From Adineta vaga (taxonomy: Eukaryota > Animalia > Rotifera), in assembly GCA_021613535.1 (NCBI GenBank), contig CP075497.1, positions 5,270,001 to 5,334,000 of the forward strand: a stretch of DNA of 64,000 nt, written 5' to 3'. The notes beneath the pieces are model-generated. The model was not told the origin of the DNA, ran no database searches, and saw only the letters and a list, made by a program, of their open reading frames with translations. Position 1 is the stretch's first letter, and each line of letters begins with the position of its first letter. Shown piece after piece: positions 1-15,500 of the stretch. Made by a program: the position numbers and the translations under genes.

Positions 1-205
1 GTATATGATTGCAAGAACAAGTATATGAACTCGTAGAAATGTGAACACCATTATCATACAAAATAACTAAAATAAACAACGAAAAGATGTATATGTCTAT
101 ATTCATTATAGTAAATAAAAAAACAAGATTTTATTATCATGAACATTCGAATAATCGATCAATTATTACATTTAAAAAAAAGGGAGAAATAATTATAGAA
201 ATTCA

Positions 206-2590
206 TTAAATAAATGGTGGAATTGAATCACATGCATGTGGATCTTCTGAACGACCTGTTTTAAAATCACATATCAATCCTCGTCGACAATTATGATCAC
301 ATTGACTACCACTCGCAAACGATTTAGTAGAATATTGATATGCTAAACCCATCAATGGACCATCAATATCTTTTTCTAAACGCTGTATGAAATCATTCCA
401 ACCATCAGGAAATAAATTTTTCATTTTATATGCATCGCGAGCATCATACTCTTGGAGAAAAACAGTTTTATTTTGTAGATTTGATGCCGTTAAATTCATG
501 ATTACTGTGTGATAATCAAGTGTCCAAAATGAACTTTCTGGATAATCACCATCAATAGTATATGCACGATAACCAGGATTTAAAAATGAATAGGTTGTTA
601 TTGATGGACCAATATAAGCCTGTGAAAATTAGATTTTAAAATATATTGAAACTATAACATGAAATACCATTGAAACTGGTCGTTGATTATCAATTTCATC
701 ATAGAAAACCATGAATTCTTCTGAATGTGCATGACCATAAAATTGACCAGCAATCGTATTCTCATATCTACAAAGAATAAAATGAAATCAAGAATTATGA
801 ATGTGAAATGCAGACCTATTCACAATTTTATTAAAATTCCAACTAAATGCTGCCATACAAGAATGAGGTGGTTGATGACCGATGAGATGTACTTTTTCTT
901 CATGATCCTCAGCATATTGCAACCATTGTATTACCTAAATCGATCGAATCTATCCAAGTAGTTATTATATTCATATCAAAACGGAAGAAAAGCTAACCCA
1001 TTGCAATTGATCGAGAGGATCAGTTGCATTAATTAATAACCAATAGTTATCTGATGTACAGTAATTCATATTCAATGATATCAATCGTAGACCTGGTCGA
1101 ATTAAGGTTGTATAGAAAGCACCACGTTCAATACTCGCACGTGTATCTTCTGGCAGACCAAGTTTTATCCAACTATCTGCTAATGCTTCATATAACCAAG
1201 AAATATTGTCTGTTTTAATATTTGGTGTTGGATATAGATTACAAGGTGCTAGAGAATATAAAATACAAAAGAATAATGAATAGTATTATAGAAACAAAAT
1301 ATAATACCAGCTTCATGATTACCGACGGCGGAATAGAATGTTTTATTGGGAAAAGTAGATCCTAACATACGATTGATCGTATTTAGTGAATAAAGTTGAT
1401 CAGAACGCGATTGATTCCAAACGTTATGAGCTGGTAAATCACCTGTATAATAAATGAAATCTGCCTATAAAAATGTGATAGTAAAGAAATATTACGATAA
1501 AGAACAAAAATTACCTTTTCGACTGCAGCAGCATATTTTAATACTGCTTCAGCTGTCCAATAAGGAATATCACAATTGCGATAATCACCCCTAAAAGATT
1601 CATACGATTGTAACAGAGTATCAAATTAATCAAACTTTTATTTACCAAAAACCAGCACCTATATGACCAGGAGCTATAAACAAACATATAACATGTTAAA
1701 AGTATCTAATCTAAATGATATCATTTAAAATTATTTATACCAGGTTGACCTTGACGACAACAAAGTGGTTGTGAGCAATCTGCTTGCGATCCTGGTTTAT
1801 ATAAGAAATCTACATGAATATCAGATAGATGAAGAATATTGAGTTTTGGAGAATCTGGCTAAAATAGAAAAATAAAGATTCATATAAGAATTCAGTTGAT
1901 ATACTGATTGATAATATTTTACATACTGACGGAGGTTTAGGTGGTTGTGGTATTGGTTTTGGTTTATCGGGAAATGTGACATTCCAAATGAAGATTGGAA
2001 AATCTCGTTGTGGTTGACATTCAAATGCTAATGCACAAAGTTGTTTATTCGTCAATGGTGTTAATTTAACCACTTCAAAAACCACATTCTAAATGAAGAA
2101 AACAGAACAAAATCGTTTTTTTTTTCAAGAAATTATCGACAAAATTTTCTTCTACCATATATTCATGAGCAGCGCCGAGACAAACATTTTGATCCAATGA
2201 TTTATATTCTTTACAAAAAAGACTAACAGCTTCATCGATCAGAGTAGTTTCATTGAGTTCAAGCAGGAATCGAACCTCAAAGAAAAAGAAAATATCAACT
2301 TTACTCTTCAAAGAATCCGAACTTACCAATGGTGCACCCAAATCACAAAGTTCACATAATCCTGAAACTTGTAAATTTTTTAAATTCCATCGTAGCGCTT
2401 TGAAATTTGCTGATTGTTCAAATCGATGTCGATAACCCGTAAATGCATGTAACAATTTGCGATGATCATCATTCAATGGATTCTTGAGAATAGATTCAAT
2501 TTCAGTCTCAGATATTGTACGAGTATCAAGCGTTAGAATATTAATAGTAAAGAAAAAAACTAGAGCAAGAACGCAACCGCTTCTTAACAT
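206..2590 (-). CDS. SMPD1: Acid sphingomyelinase (signal peptide, saposin-B domain, Pro-rich linker, metallophosphoesterase); multi-exon
   Basis: N-terminal hydrophobic signal; saposin Cys pattern LCELC...C...VC; linker PDKPKPIPQPPKPP; motifs LSDIHVD, YYTGDLPAHNVW, AVGNHEA, GQFYGHAHSEEF, LNPGYRAYTIDG joined by short GT-AG introns. Confidence 0.92.
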
Positions 2591-3651
2591 GATAAAAAAA
2601 AATGAAAAGTAGTTTCACGACAACCTATAAAAATATTTCTTGAGAATCATCTTATCTTAGTTATCTTTTATTTAATATTTTTCAGTGTATATGAAAAGTA
2701 TTGATAGAAGTTTCGTTTACTTCTGATTAGCTAAATGTTAAATGTTTCGTTTTGAAAGAAATCGTTGAATAATATCCATTGAATGAAACGGTTTAGTAAA
2801 GAGTAAAAATACTAGTCAATTAAAGTATATCTATCGACCAGTCATTAATATCAACTCAATTTTCTCAAGTGTTACTAAGAATAAAACTGTTCGTCGACGA
2901 ATAGTCATATTTGCAATTTCTTTGATGAATCTTATTGAAATTCAAATAAACCATCGTATCTTTCATTGATGCTGTATATATCAACAAGAGTGTTTGTATT
3001 ACAAGCTCTACGTATTGTGTAGACGATTAAAGCAATAGATTAAGTTTGATAGCGATTGATAATTCGATAAATTTTCTTTTACATGCTTCCAACTAACACA
3101 ATTTCGACTTCATGCATATCGAATAGTTACTGTATTAAGATAAGCGTCACTCACATTTCAAACAAATTCGAATGTATTATATTTTCATAACTCCTAGCAA
3201 GACTCTCGACATAACAATGATTTTCATCTAAAAAGAATTAATCTTAAAACAATACGGATCTGTTGTAAAGAGCTAAAATACAACTTCCGATTTGTGCGGA
3301 AGTTCGAAGAGTCTCTTGATGACAATGACAAATTCTTGTTTTTCCAAAATATAAAAAATACTCTCATAAAACTGTTATTGATATACATATGTTTCGCATC
3401 CTTCAAGCAACATTTCAACATCTAAATACCAATCAGTTAATGTCTAATGCAAAAGTCCTCGTACTCTTTATTAAAGACATAGTAAATAACCAATTTCTAT
3501 ACACATATGTCGATATGCAATTGTTCGAATATAACTCATCACTGAATATAATGATAATAATATCGCCATGATATGAATTGACAGCTGGATGCACAGAGAA
3601 AAACTAGATAATAGAGAAAATATGCCTAACATTTCTTTTGCAGATCCATCA

Positions 3652-6310
3652 ATGATTCATCTTGATCGGCTGACAAACGATTTCATTGGTGGATTTTCTA
3701 CCATAGCATTGATTTGTTATCCTCCATTTTAATAGAATGAATTTCAAAAATATAAAACTAATCGAATACAACTTGACCTTCACTTTCAATATAGAAAAGA
3801 ATTTTTATTTAAACAAGAAAAAAATTGATTGGCTACAATGTTAATCTAAAAGAAATAAACAAAAAAACAAGTCTCTAATTAAACGTTTATATCCATTCTG
3901 TTATCTTCATTGAATCTTGTATAGTGTGTGTTTTTTGGTTATGTCGATAGGAATAACAGAAAAACGTGTCTTATATGATAATCCATGTGCCCCAATTGTA
4001 AAGTTTTCCAAAACAAATTCTCAGTCAAATGATCTTGATGATTTTGAAGAAGATGATATGACTGACGATCAAATATTATCAAATATGAATAATGACATTC
4101 AAATCAATTCAACACTTGGTAAATAAAATAAGAGAATTATGTTTTGTAAATACATTAAAAAAACACACAATTCTTTCTATTTAGGCGAACATTCATTTAA
4201 ATCCTTATCCTTAGAAGATCTTGTTCAATCATTTGACAATACAATCAATGCTTGTTTTTCTGCAGAACCAATCATTGAAATTCAAGAACAACCTTCAATT
4301 CCACGAAAAGATCTTGTTGCTTCATCAAAGTTCGTATTAATTCAATGATTTCTAATTGAATCTATTTCTATATTTTTGTTTTTCAGTACATGGTCAGAAT
4401 TAATTGAAAATCTTCGTACATCACTTCGTAATGATTTAAAGCTTCCGAACATTTCTCAAAGTTGTCAAACAGCAATGAATAGTATCTATGAACAAAATCA
4501 ACAATCAAAAATGAATGATGATGATATCACATCTATTGATGATTTAAATGAAGATGAAGAAGAAGAATTACGTGAACAATTAGACATGCATTCAGTTATT
4601 CTTGCAGCTAATCACGAACCATTTTTAACTGCAGAACAAGTGATTAGTGAAATTGATTTTATGTTACAAGACATGACACCTGATTCGGGTTATTGCGATG
4701 ATCAATCACCATCCGATATGTTGGATATACGTACACGTCGTGTGAAATATTTATCGGCAAGTGTGAATAATGATGAATTCGATTTAAAATCACAAACAAT
4801 TTATTCATTAAATGAATTGTATGAAGAATTGAATACATCTGTTAAAGAATTATCAAGTTTACTTGTTCAAGTAAATATCAATATAGTTCTTTCCTTTTGT
4901 TAAATCATATATATATATATGTGTGTGTGATTTAGGAATTAGCTGTTCGAGATGAACTTGAATATGAAAAAGAAACAAAGAACACTTTTATTTCACTTGT
5001 ATTAAGTATTCAGGTACAAGAATCCTCGATGTTTTGTTTCTGATTAGAAAAAAAATGAAAATTATTTCTTATTTAGAATAAACGTCGAAATCATCACCAG
5101 GGAGAAAAACGCTCGAAACGTCGTTCTTTATTGGGAAATAGCAATTATGTCGAACCGGGAACGGTAAATATTCTATAAATATATATTTTCTTTTTCTTTG
5201 CGTTTCATATAATTGAAAGCGAGTAATAAAATCAAATAGTTTGTATGATTTGTTCACTGGCATATACAATTAATATGAACGTGTGAATATTATCTATAGG
5301 GAATTGTCTTATTTCAAAAGAGAGAACGAGAGAAGGACGTTAGATGAATATTTATTATTAGAGAACTGAACTACAGACGCTAACGTTTTTCTTCTCTTCT
5401 ATCCTGTAGTGAATAATTGGATTAGGATAGATGAAGTGCAGCGAATGAAATGAGGTCATTAGTTCATATTTGTCTGATCATGGCGACTAATGAAAAAGAA
5501 GACAAACAATTCGATTAGTTTGTCTGATTAAATAAATTCCTTTTATTTCCTGAAACAAGAAGAAATCATTTTAATATCAATTGATCAAAATGTAAACTAT
5601 TCATTTCTATAAAAAAAGAAAAATCAAATATTTTCTTCATAATTCGTAAAGATGACCTAGAAAAGCAAGAAAAAAGATAAATTATTCATCTAAATATAGA
5701 ATATGTAAGACAATGGTAGAAAGAAAACATATTTTTATTTACTGTCCACCTGGATGATTGATAAGTTTACATCAGTAGGCGAAAAACAGAAGAATAGTTA
5801 ATGAGATATTCTGTATTATTGTCAGACAATAGATAAGAATTGAAATGATTGAGTTTTGTTTGACGAAACTACATTTGGTTTAGACAATGATACATCTTAA
5901 TCAATCTGTATTCAAAACTTTAACGACTAGTTGGCATGAAATATTTCAAAAGACTCAGGTAGATTTCATATCAGATATTCATATAATCAATTCATGTTGT
6001 TTTTATATGCTTTTTATAATATGTACATATGCAAGTTGTTAATATGAGATCAATTTTATAAAAAATGAATCATTTGTTTTCTAGTATTTAACAACGGTAA
6101 TACCCTACGATCGACAACATCCAACATATCTCTCCGTTGATCATTTACAAAGTTTAAATAAAAGTTTGTTGATATATAAATATGAAATGAAAAGATCTTA
6201 TTGATTTTATTTTTTTCTCTCGTATAGTTCTTCATGCAATTAATGAAGATAGTCCTCAAGTTCCAGACTTATTAACCAAATACATTCTCAATGTTCTTTG
6301 TCCATGTTGA
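3652..6310 (+). CDS. FEZ1: Fasciculation and elongation protein zeta (FEZ/UNC-76 family); start codon tentative
   Basis: FKSLSLEDLVQSFD, EEEELREQLDMHSVI, EPFLTAEQVISEIDFM, ELAVRDELEYEKETKNTFISLVLSIQ, YLTTVIPY, VPDLLTKYILNVLCP*; splice phases consistent; ATG 3652 exon ends in a phase-1 donor matching the exon at 3951. Confidence 0.9.
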
Positions 6311-6844
6311 CAAGAATGATTTAATTCTCACATAGTCATATTCATTAATCTTTCGCTATAGATGTTTGTGTGCTTTTGTACTGTGGTGATTCTCCTTTTA
6401 TATATTGTGCTCGTTTTTTTTTGACTTTTGTCTGTATTTTAGCATCTTAGATTTAGTATTTCTTTCTTTTGCTAATCAATGACATCATAAGATTCAGATA
6501 TTTTACATTTCTATGTCTTTAAAATCAAAAGAGAAACTTACGCGAATATGTTGTCTTGATATTTAATCTAGTCTTTTATTGTTCTTTGTCGGTTAGACTG
6601 ATAAATGAGCTTTTGGTGTATATGCGCGCGCACTCCTTTACCTTGGTATTTTATTGAAATCTATTCATAATATATATATGTTTATTATTAATTACTACTT
6701 GTATTGTGTGTGTATGTATTGTTGTTTCTTTTCTTTTCTTTAAAGAAAATAAAGGAAAAAAGTTTTATGTAGTATAAGATAAACATTCTCAAAATATTTA
6801 GCGCGCATGTGTTAATATAGTTTGAAACGAAAGTTATTTAGAAT

Positions 6845-7699
6845 ATGGAATATCCTTTGATAATTATGGAATTATTTTGGATAGTAAATGGATATAGTTC
6901 AAGAAATGATGATCGATATCATTTTGAATTAATTCTACAAGTTTTACGACGATATCCATTTATCAGACAAAGACTTCGATATCTTTGTTATAGAGAACTC
7001 AGTAGATGTAAACGTGAAAGAATATTACGATTTTATCTACGTCATATTGATGATAAGGATTTACAAGAAAGATTAGATTATCTGATTGATTGTTTTATGG
7101 AGTCACAAAAATGTAGACGAAATATGAATTGGTATCAATGGTCAGAATGGAGTCCATGTTCGGTAACATGTGGTATGGGTAAGATGAATTATATATCGAC
7201 AGTAACAGACCAAAAGTAGATCTTGTCAGATTTGTTTTGATCCAATTTCAGCACATGTTGATATATCATTTATCAAAACAATTATCTTTATGTCAGATTA
7301 TATAAAGATTGATATTATGAAAATAGTATCTGAAATGTTTTATTTCTGATAGGTTATAAGATTCGAAGGCGTTCATGTAAAATTAATCGTCAATGTTTGA
7401 TTCATTCCATGAAAAGTCAATTAAATGATTGTTTTATAAATTCTTGTCTAATATCTACTACTGCGATGACGAAGAATGATGTCATTCAGTATATGAATGA
7501 CGATTTATCAATCGATCATAGATTGATGCTTATATTAATCTTTGTTTTTCCATTTCTCTTCACAATTCTATGTGTACCATTATGTATATTTTATTATATT
7601 TATGAAATGGATTTTAAATTACATGCTTTAACTATTCAAATTTATACTTTATGTCAAAGATATTGTGAAATAAAGACAAGAAGAACAAATATCAGGTGA
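6845..7699 (+). CDS. Small single-pass membrane protein with one thrombospondin type-1 repeat (2 exons)
   Basis: Hydrophobic N-terminus; WYQWSEWSPCSVTCGMG|YKIRRRSC across an intron (~7179-7352); hydrophobic segment LMLILIFVFPFLFTILCVPLCIFYYIY. Confidence 0.7.
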
Positions 7700-9541
7700 T
7701 AACAAACATTATTATTATTACGGTTGTTATTGTTGTTGTTACTGTACGACATTCTTGAGTGTCGGTGATCAATTACTCACCATGTACATGTATCAATATA
7801 TATACAATGTATATAGTTTGTTGGAGAAATGAAAAAAAAAGAGAAAACTCGAAGATTAACTCCAGAAGGTCATTAGATAATGGTATCAATGTTTGTTAAT
7901 GCAAAGGAAACATTATACAGATCCTTGAGTAATAGAACGATTGTTTGTTTCTTCAAGACAAAAAGAAAACGAAAGCTTTATATTCTTTTTTTGTTCCCAA
8001 AATAATCTTTATAATTGATCTCCTTTCTATGACAAGTACTCGTAGTTTAGCACATCCGACACGAAAAATACTGAACTTTAATTTTTTCATATAAGAGAAG
8101 ATTGACACATACATTGTACTTTTCATCAACAAACAACTATTTTTGATTTTTTTTTTCTTTAAAAGCATGATCTTTTCTGTTCTAGTTACATCAATAATAA
8201 CATCCACAGGGGTTACATATGAAACTATTGTTTTGTTTTATAAACCTTTTTATGAGAATATCTTCCCATCTATTGCTAATATTATCGCACCGTCATCATT
8301 ATCGTCATCGTCAAACGTTCGACAGCATTCTTTTGATGAAGACAACGTTAATGTGCAAGCATCTTATGTTTGCACTACTGTGATTATCCGCATCAGTTGC
8401 AGGCATCCGCATTGATAGTATATGTGAAGCGAGTAAACATTCGTTGGATGATGGCAAATATGTCTTTATATACATTTTGTTTTTATCACAATATATATAT
8501 ATATACTTACATCTCTAGTTTCTTTTGTTCTTCGGAAGAAAATAAATGGAGCTTTCATTGTATCGTGAGAAAGTTTTGCCATCAATCTACAACTCTTGAT
8601 TTCGTCAAGGTTTGTTAATAGATAACTTCGATGAACTGAATTGATCTATAATTTAGATATAGATTTACTATATTTGTTCATTCATGCAAAAAGAAAGGGA
8701 AAAAAACAATTTTCTTCATGTATATACATAGAATATTGTAGCATTAGTGTTAGGCAATGCTGTCTATAATGGTCATTATCATTGCAATAAAGCTTTTTTT
8801 CTATTATTTATGTATGTAGACACTCAGGGACGATTAGCATTCTCTTTCTTTCTTCATCGTCATCTGAATGTCGATCAGATCGTACAACTTATTGGAATAC
8901 ATTTTACTCGTTCTCTGTTGATATCATAGAATTACAATCAACGTTCGTGTTTTCTACTTACCATTTTCTTCTCGTTAGTCATGGATGAATATATTACTGA
9001 ATTAGTTGTTTTTTATCATGTCAATTATCTTTCTATCGTTGTTCTCGCGATTTTGAGAGAATATTTTCCATTTGGCGATCTACCAAATAAGACCATCCGG
9101 CCTCTAGATTGTCGAGTAGAATCCATTAAAAGATATTTTTTCTGTTCTTTGTACCCAAAGAAACCACATTAGAATATAATAGTTATCATAGACAAGAAGA
9201 AGAAAGAAACTTTCGTCATAATCTTCTGCTCTTTTATTTACAACTGTATTGTGCCATTCTTCGTTTTTTCCTTCTACTTCATATGTGGGTACATATTTTC
9301 ATCGAGATACTAAATGATCAATACCAGAAAACCATTGCATACAGAAATGGACAGATTTCCTTACAGTATTTCTTCTTTCTCTTTCTTTTCTGACCTAAAA
9401 TCGTTTGCTGCATATCGATCTACAATCTTTTTTTAGAATTCTTATCGATAATTGACGTTATTCTGTTTTTCTTTTTGTCTTTTTTTTTTATAAATAATTA
9501 TTTAGTAGATCCTTGAACTAAGAGAATAACGAACGAAACGA

Positions 9542-12500
9542 ATGGCGACTAGTGCACCACGATTCTTGAAGCCACCAGCCATTCGACAGATACCAGATGA
9601 TTCGACGCGTCTCTTTCTCGAATGTCAAGTAGAAGGTACGCCTAAGCCTGATATAACATGGTTTCAAAATGATACTCAACTTTCGAATACGTCAACCAAA
9701 CATAAACAAACAATCAAACTTGCATCAGGAAGTAATTATGATGTAACACTTGAAATTACGGATATATCTGCTACGGACACTGGAGCATATAAAATTGTTG
9801 TTAAAAATAAAGCTGGTGAAATAACTGCTAATGTTAATTTGAATTTTTCAACAGATGATGCAAATGAATCTACAACGACTGGTGAAAATAGGTCATTTTA
9901 TTCAAGATTTAATTTAGAATTATTAATTTTATGAATCTTTTTTTTAGTTCATCGGAAGGTTCTGCACCCGTATTTACACAAAAACCAATTATTAAACAAG
10001 ATAATGATGGTAAACGTTTAATATTTGAATGTAAAATATCTGCCGAACCCAAACCAGATATATTCTGGTCACGTGATGATGTAGCAGTTGAAAATTCTGG
10101 TCGTTATTTGATTTATTGTGATGCCTTACCAAATAATTCATATCTAGCATGTCTTGAAATTGATGATGTGAATACAACAGATGCCGGAAAATATAAAGTC
10201 ACAGCAAAAAATACTTTAGGAGAAAGCAATGCTAATATTGCTTTAAATCTTGATCGTAAGTTTTGCGAATTCTAATTCCTTCTATTGTAGAATCAATATG
10301 ACATTGAATTATATTGATTTAGAACAAGATCAAGCTGCTGGTAGTAGTGGTCGACCGACATTTACTCAAGCACCACAAGTTCGTATGTTTGAAGAATCTG
10401 TACTTTTGGAATGTCGATGTACAGCTGATCCAATACCAAGTTTTACATGGACACTAGATGGTAAATCACTTACTATGGGAACAAAATGTAAACAAGGAAT
10501 ATTAACTAATGGAACTACACATACAATCTTTTTGGAGATTGCTCAATTAACAAAGAAAGATTCTGGAATTTATAAAGCTACAGCCAAAAATGTTAAAGGT
10601 GATGGATCAGCAAATATTGAATTAAATATTGGAGAAATTAATTTCAAGTTTGTTATCATGGTTTTGTTTTATTTGAATGTAAATAGAATTGATTATTTAG
10701 ATTACCGGATGGTCTTGCACCATCTTTTGTTGGTAAACCAACAATTAAACAAGATGCTAAAACTGCTACGATTCAAATTGATATTATTGCTGATCCTAAT
10801 CCCTCATTATATTGGACAAAAGATGGCAAAGAATTATCTAATGTTGATAAAATTATTACACGAATCGAAGGAAAAGGAGGAAATAAATATACCGTTCTTC
10901 TTGATATTAAAGTTTGTTACAATTTCATGGCATTTCTAACAAAAAATAATTTCTTGTTATTTCGTTTAAATAGAATTTAGCATCATCGGATAGTGGAGTT
11001 TATAAATGTACCTTATCGAATGAAGTTGGTACAGCTGTTGCTAATATTGCCCTTAAAGTTGCTGGTATGTGATTCATTGATTGAATTTTATTACGTGAAG
11101 AAAGAATCGTATTTTTAATAGGAGATAAGGCTAATTTGGAACAAGTCGATCGTATTGCTCCTGCATTTGAAAAACCGAAAATTACCAAAGATACCAAACA
11201 AAAATCGATTAAAATTGAATGTCGTTGCAAAGGAAAAACGGAACCAAAGATTACATGGAAAAAAGATAAAACAGAAATCAAAGATAAACCAAATAAATAT
11301 AAGATTAGTAAAACAAAAGGCATAGATGATACATATGTATTTATACTCGAGATTCTTGTAAGTTCACTTTGACCTTTCCAGTAAAAAGAAAAAGAAATGA
11401 TTAATTACTGTGTACATATTCAGACTGCTGTCACGGCTGATAGTGGTGTTTATAAAATTTTGGCAAAAAATGATGCGGGTGACTCACAAGCTTTAGTGAA
11501 TCTAACTGTTGATGCAGAACAAGAACCACCGTAGGACAATTAACTGAATTATAGTTATTTTTCTTTTATGAAAATTCTTCATTTTTCTTTTATTTAGAAA
11601 AGATGTAGATCCTAAGAAGAAACCTTCGGAAAAGAAACCTGCTGGTAATTGTCATTATTAAATTGTTGAAGTCCAAAAAAACGAATTCGTTTTCTTATAG
11701 GAGTACCTACAATCTCAGCTCCTGTCGAAAATCTTGCGGATGAAAATGATCTTAATCTACCTACAATACAAGGTGAAATAAAATGATAATTAGATAATAT
11801 ATTAATTGTTTTATTATTTGTTATAGGCGAGGAACCAGTATACGAAGATGCTGGACCACGACGTGCGAAAGCCGGTGAGTAACTATCAATATTAAATCGA
11901 AATGAAGAGAGAGAAAAATACTTCGTTTATTTATACAAATCGTTATTAACCTAATCTCTTTATCATTTCAGATTCTCAACTACATCCTGATAAAGCAGAA
12001 GATGTATGATGTTAACTATATCTTTACTTGATTTAGAATTTTGTCATTATTATTTGTTAGGCTGGCGATGAGTCAGGTGGTTCACGCCGTTCGAGTGCAA
12101 ATGAACGACGACCATCGCTTCGTCATGTTGATCAAGAAAGTACACTTAAAGTTAAACGAAACTCAAAAACACAACGGCCATCAATGTCGGAAGTTATACC
12201 AGGTTGGCCATCTTTACAGAAAGTGAAGCGACCAGAAAAGGTGAACATCTCAAATCAACAACATCAAATTCTTTTGATTGGGCATGAATTTATTGCATGA
12301 ATATGTCTGATTATTCGTTTGATTAAGATAAGCATGAGCATGTCGACATCAATTCTAAGTGTAAAACAAACGCACGAATAGGACGAATTCTATTTATTCA
12401 TATATATTTAGGAAAAAGAAGCATTTGTCGAACCATTAACTGACATTCACTGTAAAGAAGAAGATGGAGAAATAACCTTTAATTGCACTTTTTGTAAGCC

Positions 12501-15500
12501 TAGCACACGCATACGATGGTAAATCATAAACAAATTAGATTTCTATTAATAACACTAAGAATATGATTTTCTTCTAGGTTAAAGAATAAAGTAGAAATCT
12601 TTCATGGATTGAAATATCATTTTGATTCAAGTGGAACAAAGTATGAATGAGAAATTGATCAATAATTTACAATTATTTTTCTATTTAGACATAAATTAAT
12701 TATTTATAAATTACATCCTGATGATTCAGGAAAATATTTTTGTCGTGTTAATGATACTGAAACATCAGCATGGCTTGAAGTTACACGTAATATAAGATAC
12801 TATTGCAAACAAGAGAAAGTTAATATATTCTTTTTTTCTATTGTAGCTGCTAAACTATTATATGATTTCTATAAAGAATTACCTCCAAAAATGGAAGTTT
12901 TTCGAACGAAACCAACTGTTCTTGAATGTCACGTAAACGATGCTAGTGCGCCTGTTAAATGGTTCAAGAATGGAGTTTTAATTGATGTAAGTGATACCGC
13001 AACAGATAATCTTGTTTATTCAAGTTATTATTATGAATGTTAATTTAGTTTTCGAGATATTTTTGAGAGAGAAAAAAAATTCAATGAAAAGTTCAATTCG
13101 TAGTCTTATGAATTGATTCTTCTATTTAGACTGAAAAAGATAAACGTATGAAATATCATCAAGATATGACACGATGTATTTTTCGTATATTTAAAACAAC
13201 AAAAGCAGATGAAGGTATATTTTATTGATCTCATTTTCATTTTGCATTCATATATTTTGAAACTCTAGGCGAATATACTTGTCAAATTGATGATGAACAA
13301 GGTATTAAAACTTCTGGTTATCTCTATGTAGAAGGTAATGAATAGAAAACTTTCTAGATCGTTTATAACTTGAAATGATTTGTTTGTGTTTTCATTTGAA
13401 TAGAACCACAATGGCGTTTCGAAACGAAATTACCTCCTATGATAGAAGTTGACGAAAATGATCGAGTTGAACTTGAATGTAGCGTTCAAGATGAAGATGC
13501 AGAATGTGAATGGTTCTATGAGGGTGATGTAAGTGGAATATGTTCATTAAGATGTTGATTGATTTTTATTTGAATTCATTTTTCAATAGAAAATTGAACC
13601 GGAATCAAATCCAGGAAAATATGAAATCATTTCAAATGGCAAAATTCGTAAATTGATTATTAATAATATCAATCCTATTGATGATAAAGGAAAATATGAA
13701 TGTAAAACTGGTGTAATGACAACATCGTGTAATGTAGCAGCTCGTTGTAAGATTTTTGGATCTAAAAAGATAGATTTATGTACTGTAAGACTGTTTGTTT
13801 TATAGCTGCACTTCGCATTGATCGAGGACTAAAAGATATTGATACGATAGAAGGTGAAGAAATAGCATTAGAAGTAGCATTATCAAAAGTCGATTCACGA
13901 GGCAAATGGTATCGAGATGGAAAAGTTATTTTACCTGATCAAAAGTAATTTTCTTTTCATATACGTATATTTAGGAAATTGTAAATATAATATTTTCTTT
14001 AGTACGGTGATTCTTGTTGAAGGAAATCAATATCGATTAAAATTAAGAAATATTGCTTTAAAAGATGCGGGAGAAATTACCTTTCAATGTGGTGATTTGA
14101 CAGATAAATGCAATATTACTGTTAAAGAATGTATGTTAATTTTATGTCAGCGACTTATTCATTGTTAATCGTTAATGTTTAGGTGAAAAACCACCGCGAA
14201 TCGATGCAACTCGTTTTTCTAAAACGGTCACTCTCAAAGCAGGTCGACCACTTGATTTGGAAATTCCTTTTGATGCTTATCCACCACCGACAATGACTTG
14301 GACAAAAGATGGAAAAATTGTTGAGCCAGGTGGTGATTCACCTTGTCAAACATCAATAGATACCAACAAATGCAAATTAAATATGTTAGCTGAAAAAACT
14401 TAATATTAAAATTTCTTTTTGTTTCTTCTATTTTATTTCAGTCCAAAGACAAAACGAGATGATACAGGCAAATATGAACTAACATTGAGCAATGCAAAAG
14501 GAGAAGTGAAAATTCCTATTGATGTTACTGTTCTCGGTAAGTAAATATCATATTCTCTCAAATTAGTTACTACAATCGTTCTATCATATATATATATATA
14601 TATATATTTATTTAAGATCGTCCTGCTATACCAGAAGGACCAATAAAAGCCAGCGATGTAACCAAAGATGCTTGCCTTCTTTCTTGGAAGCCTCCATTAG
14701 ATAATGGTGGAAGTCCAATTCTCAAATATATTGTTGAAAAACAAGATACTGGTCGTGGAGGTTGGTCACCAGCGGGTGAAGCCAATGCTGATAGTACATC
14801 ATTACGTGTAACAAGATTAACACCGGGAAAAGAATATTCATTTCGAATACGTGCTGTTAATAAAGAAGGTGAAAGTGATGCATTAGAAACAACTGAAACA
14901 ACATTAGCGAAAAATCCATTTGATGAACCAAGTGCACCTGGTAAACCAGAAATAACCGATTGGGATAAAGATCATGTTGATTTGGAATGGGAAAAACCGG
15001 TAAATTATATAGAAAGAGAAAATAATTTGATTAATTTTTAATTAATAGAAAAAAGATGGTGGTGCACCGATCGAAAAATATATTATTGAACGTAGAGAAA
15101 AAGGACGTGATCAATGGCAAAAAGTAACATTTTATTGCCGTATTTTTTAGGCGATAAACTTCTTTTTTTTCTCGTATCAGGGAACAGAAATTGATGGTGA
15201 ACAGACAAAAGGTTCTTGTGGTGGATTATCTGAAGGAAAAGAATATGAATTTCGTGTTATTGCTATTAATAAAGGTGGTCCATCTGAACCTAGTGAACCA
15301 TCTAAATTGATCATTGCTAAACCACGTTTCTGTATGAATTTCTTTGATCTATTTCTGTTCAATAGAAATGATTGTTTTTCTTCTTCTTTCTATTTCTTAG
15401 TAAAACCACGTATTAATAAAGTTAATCTAAAATCTGTTACAGTAAAACAAGGTCAAACAGTAACATTAGATGCTCCATATGTAGCTGAACCCTTACCATC

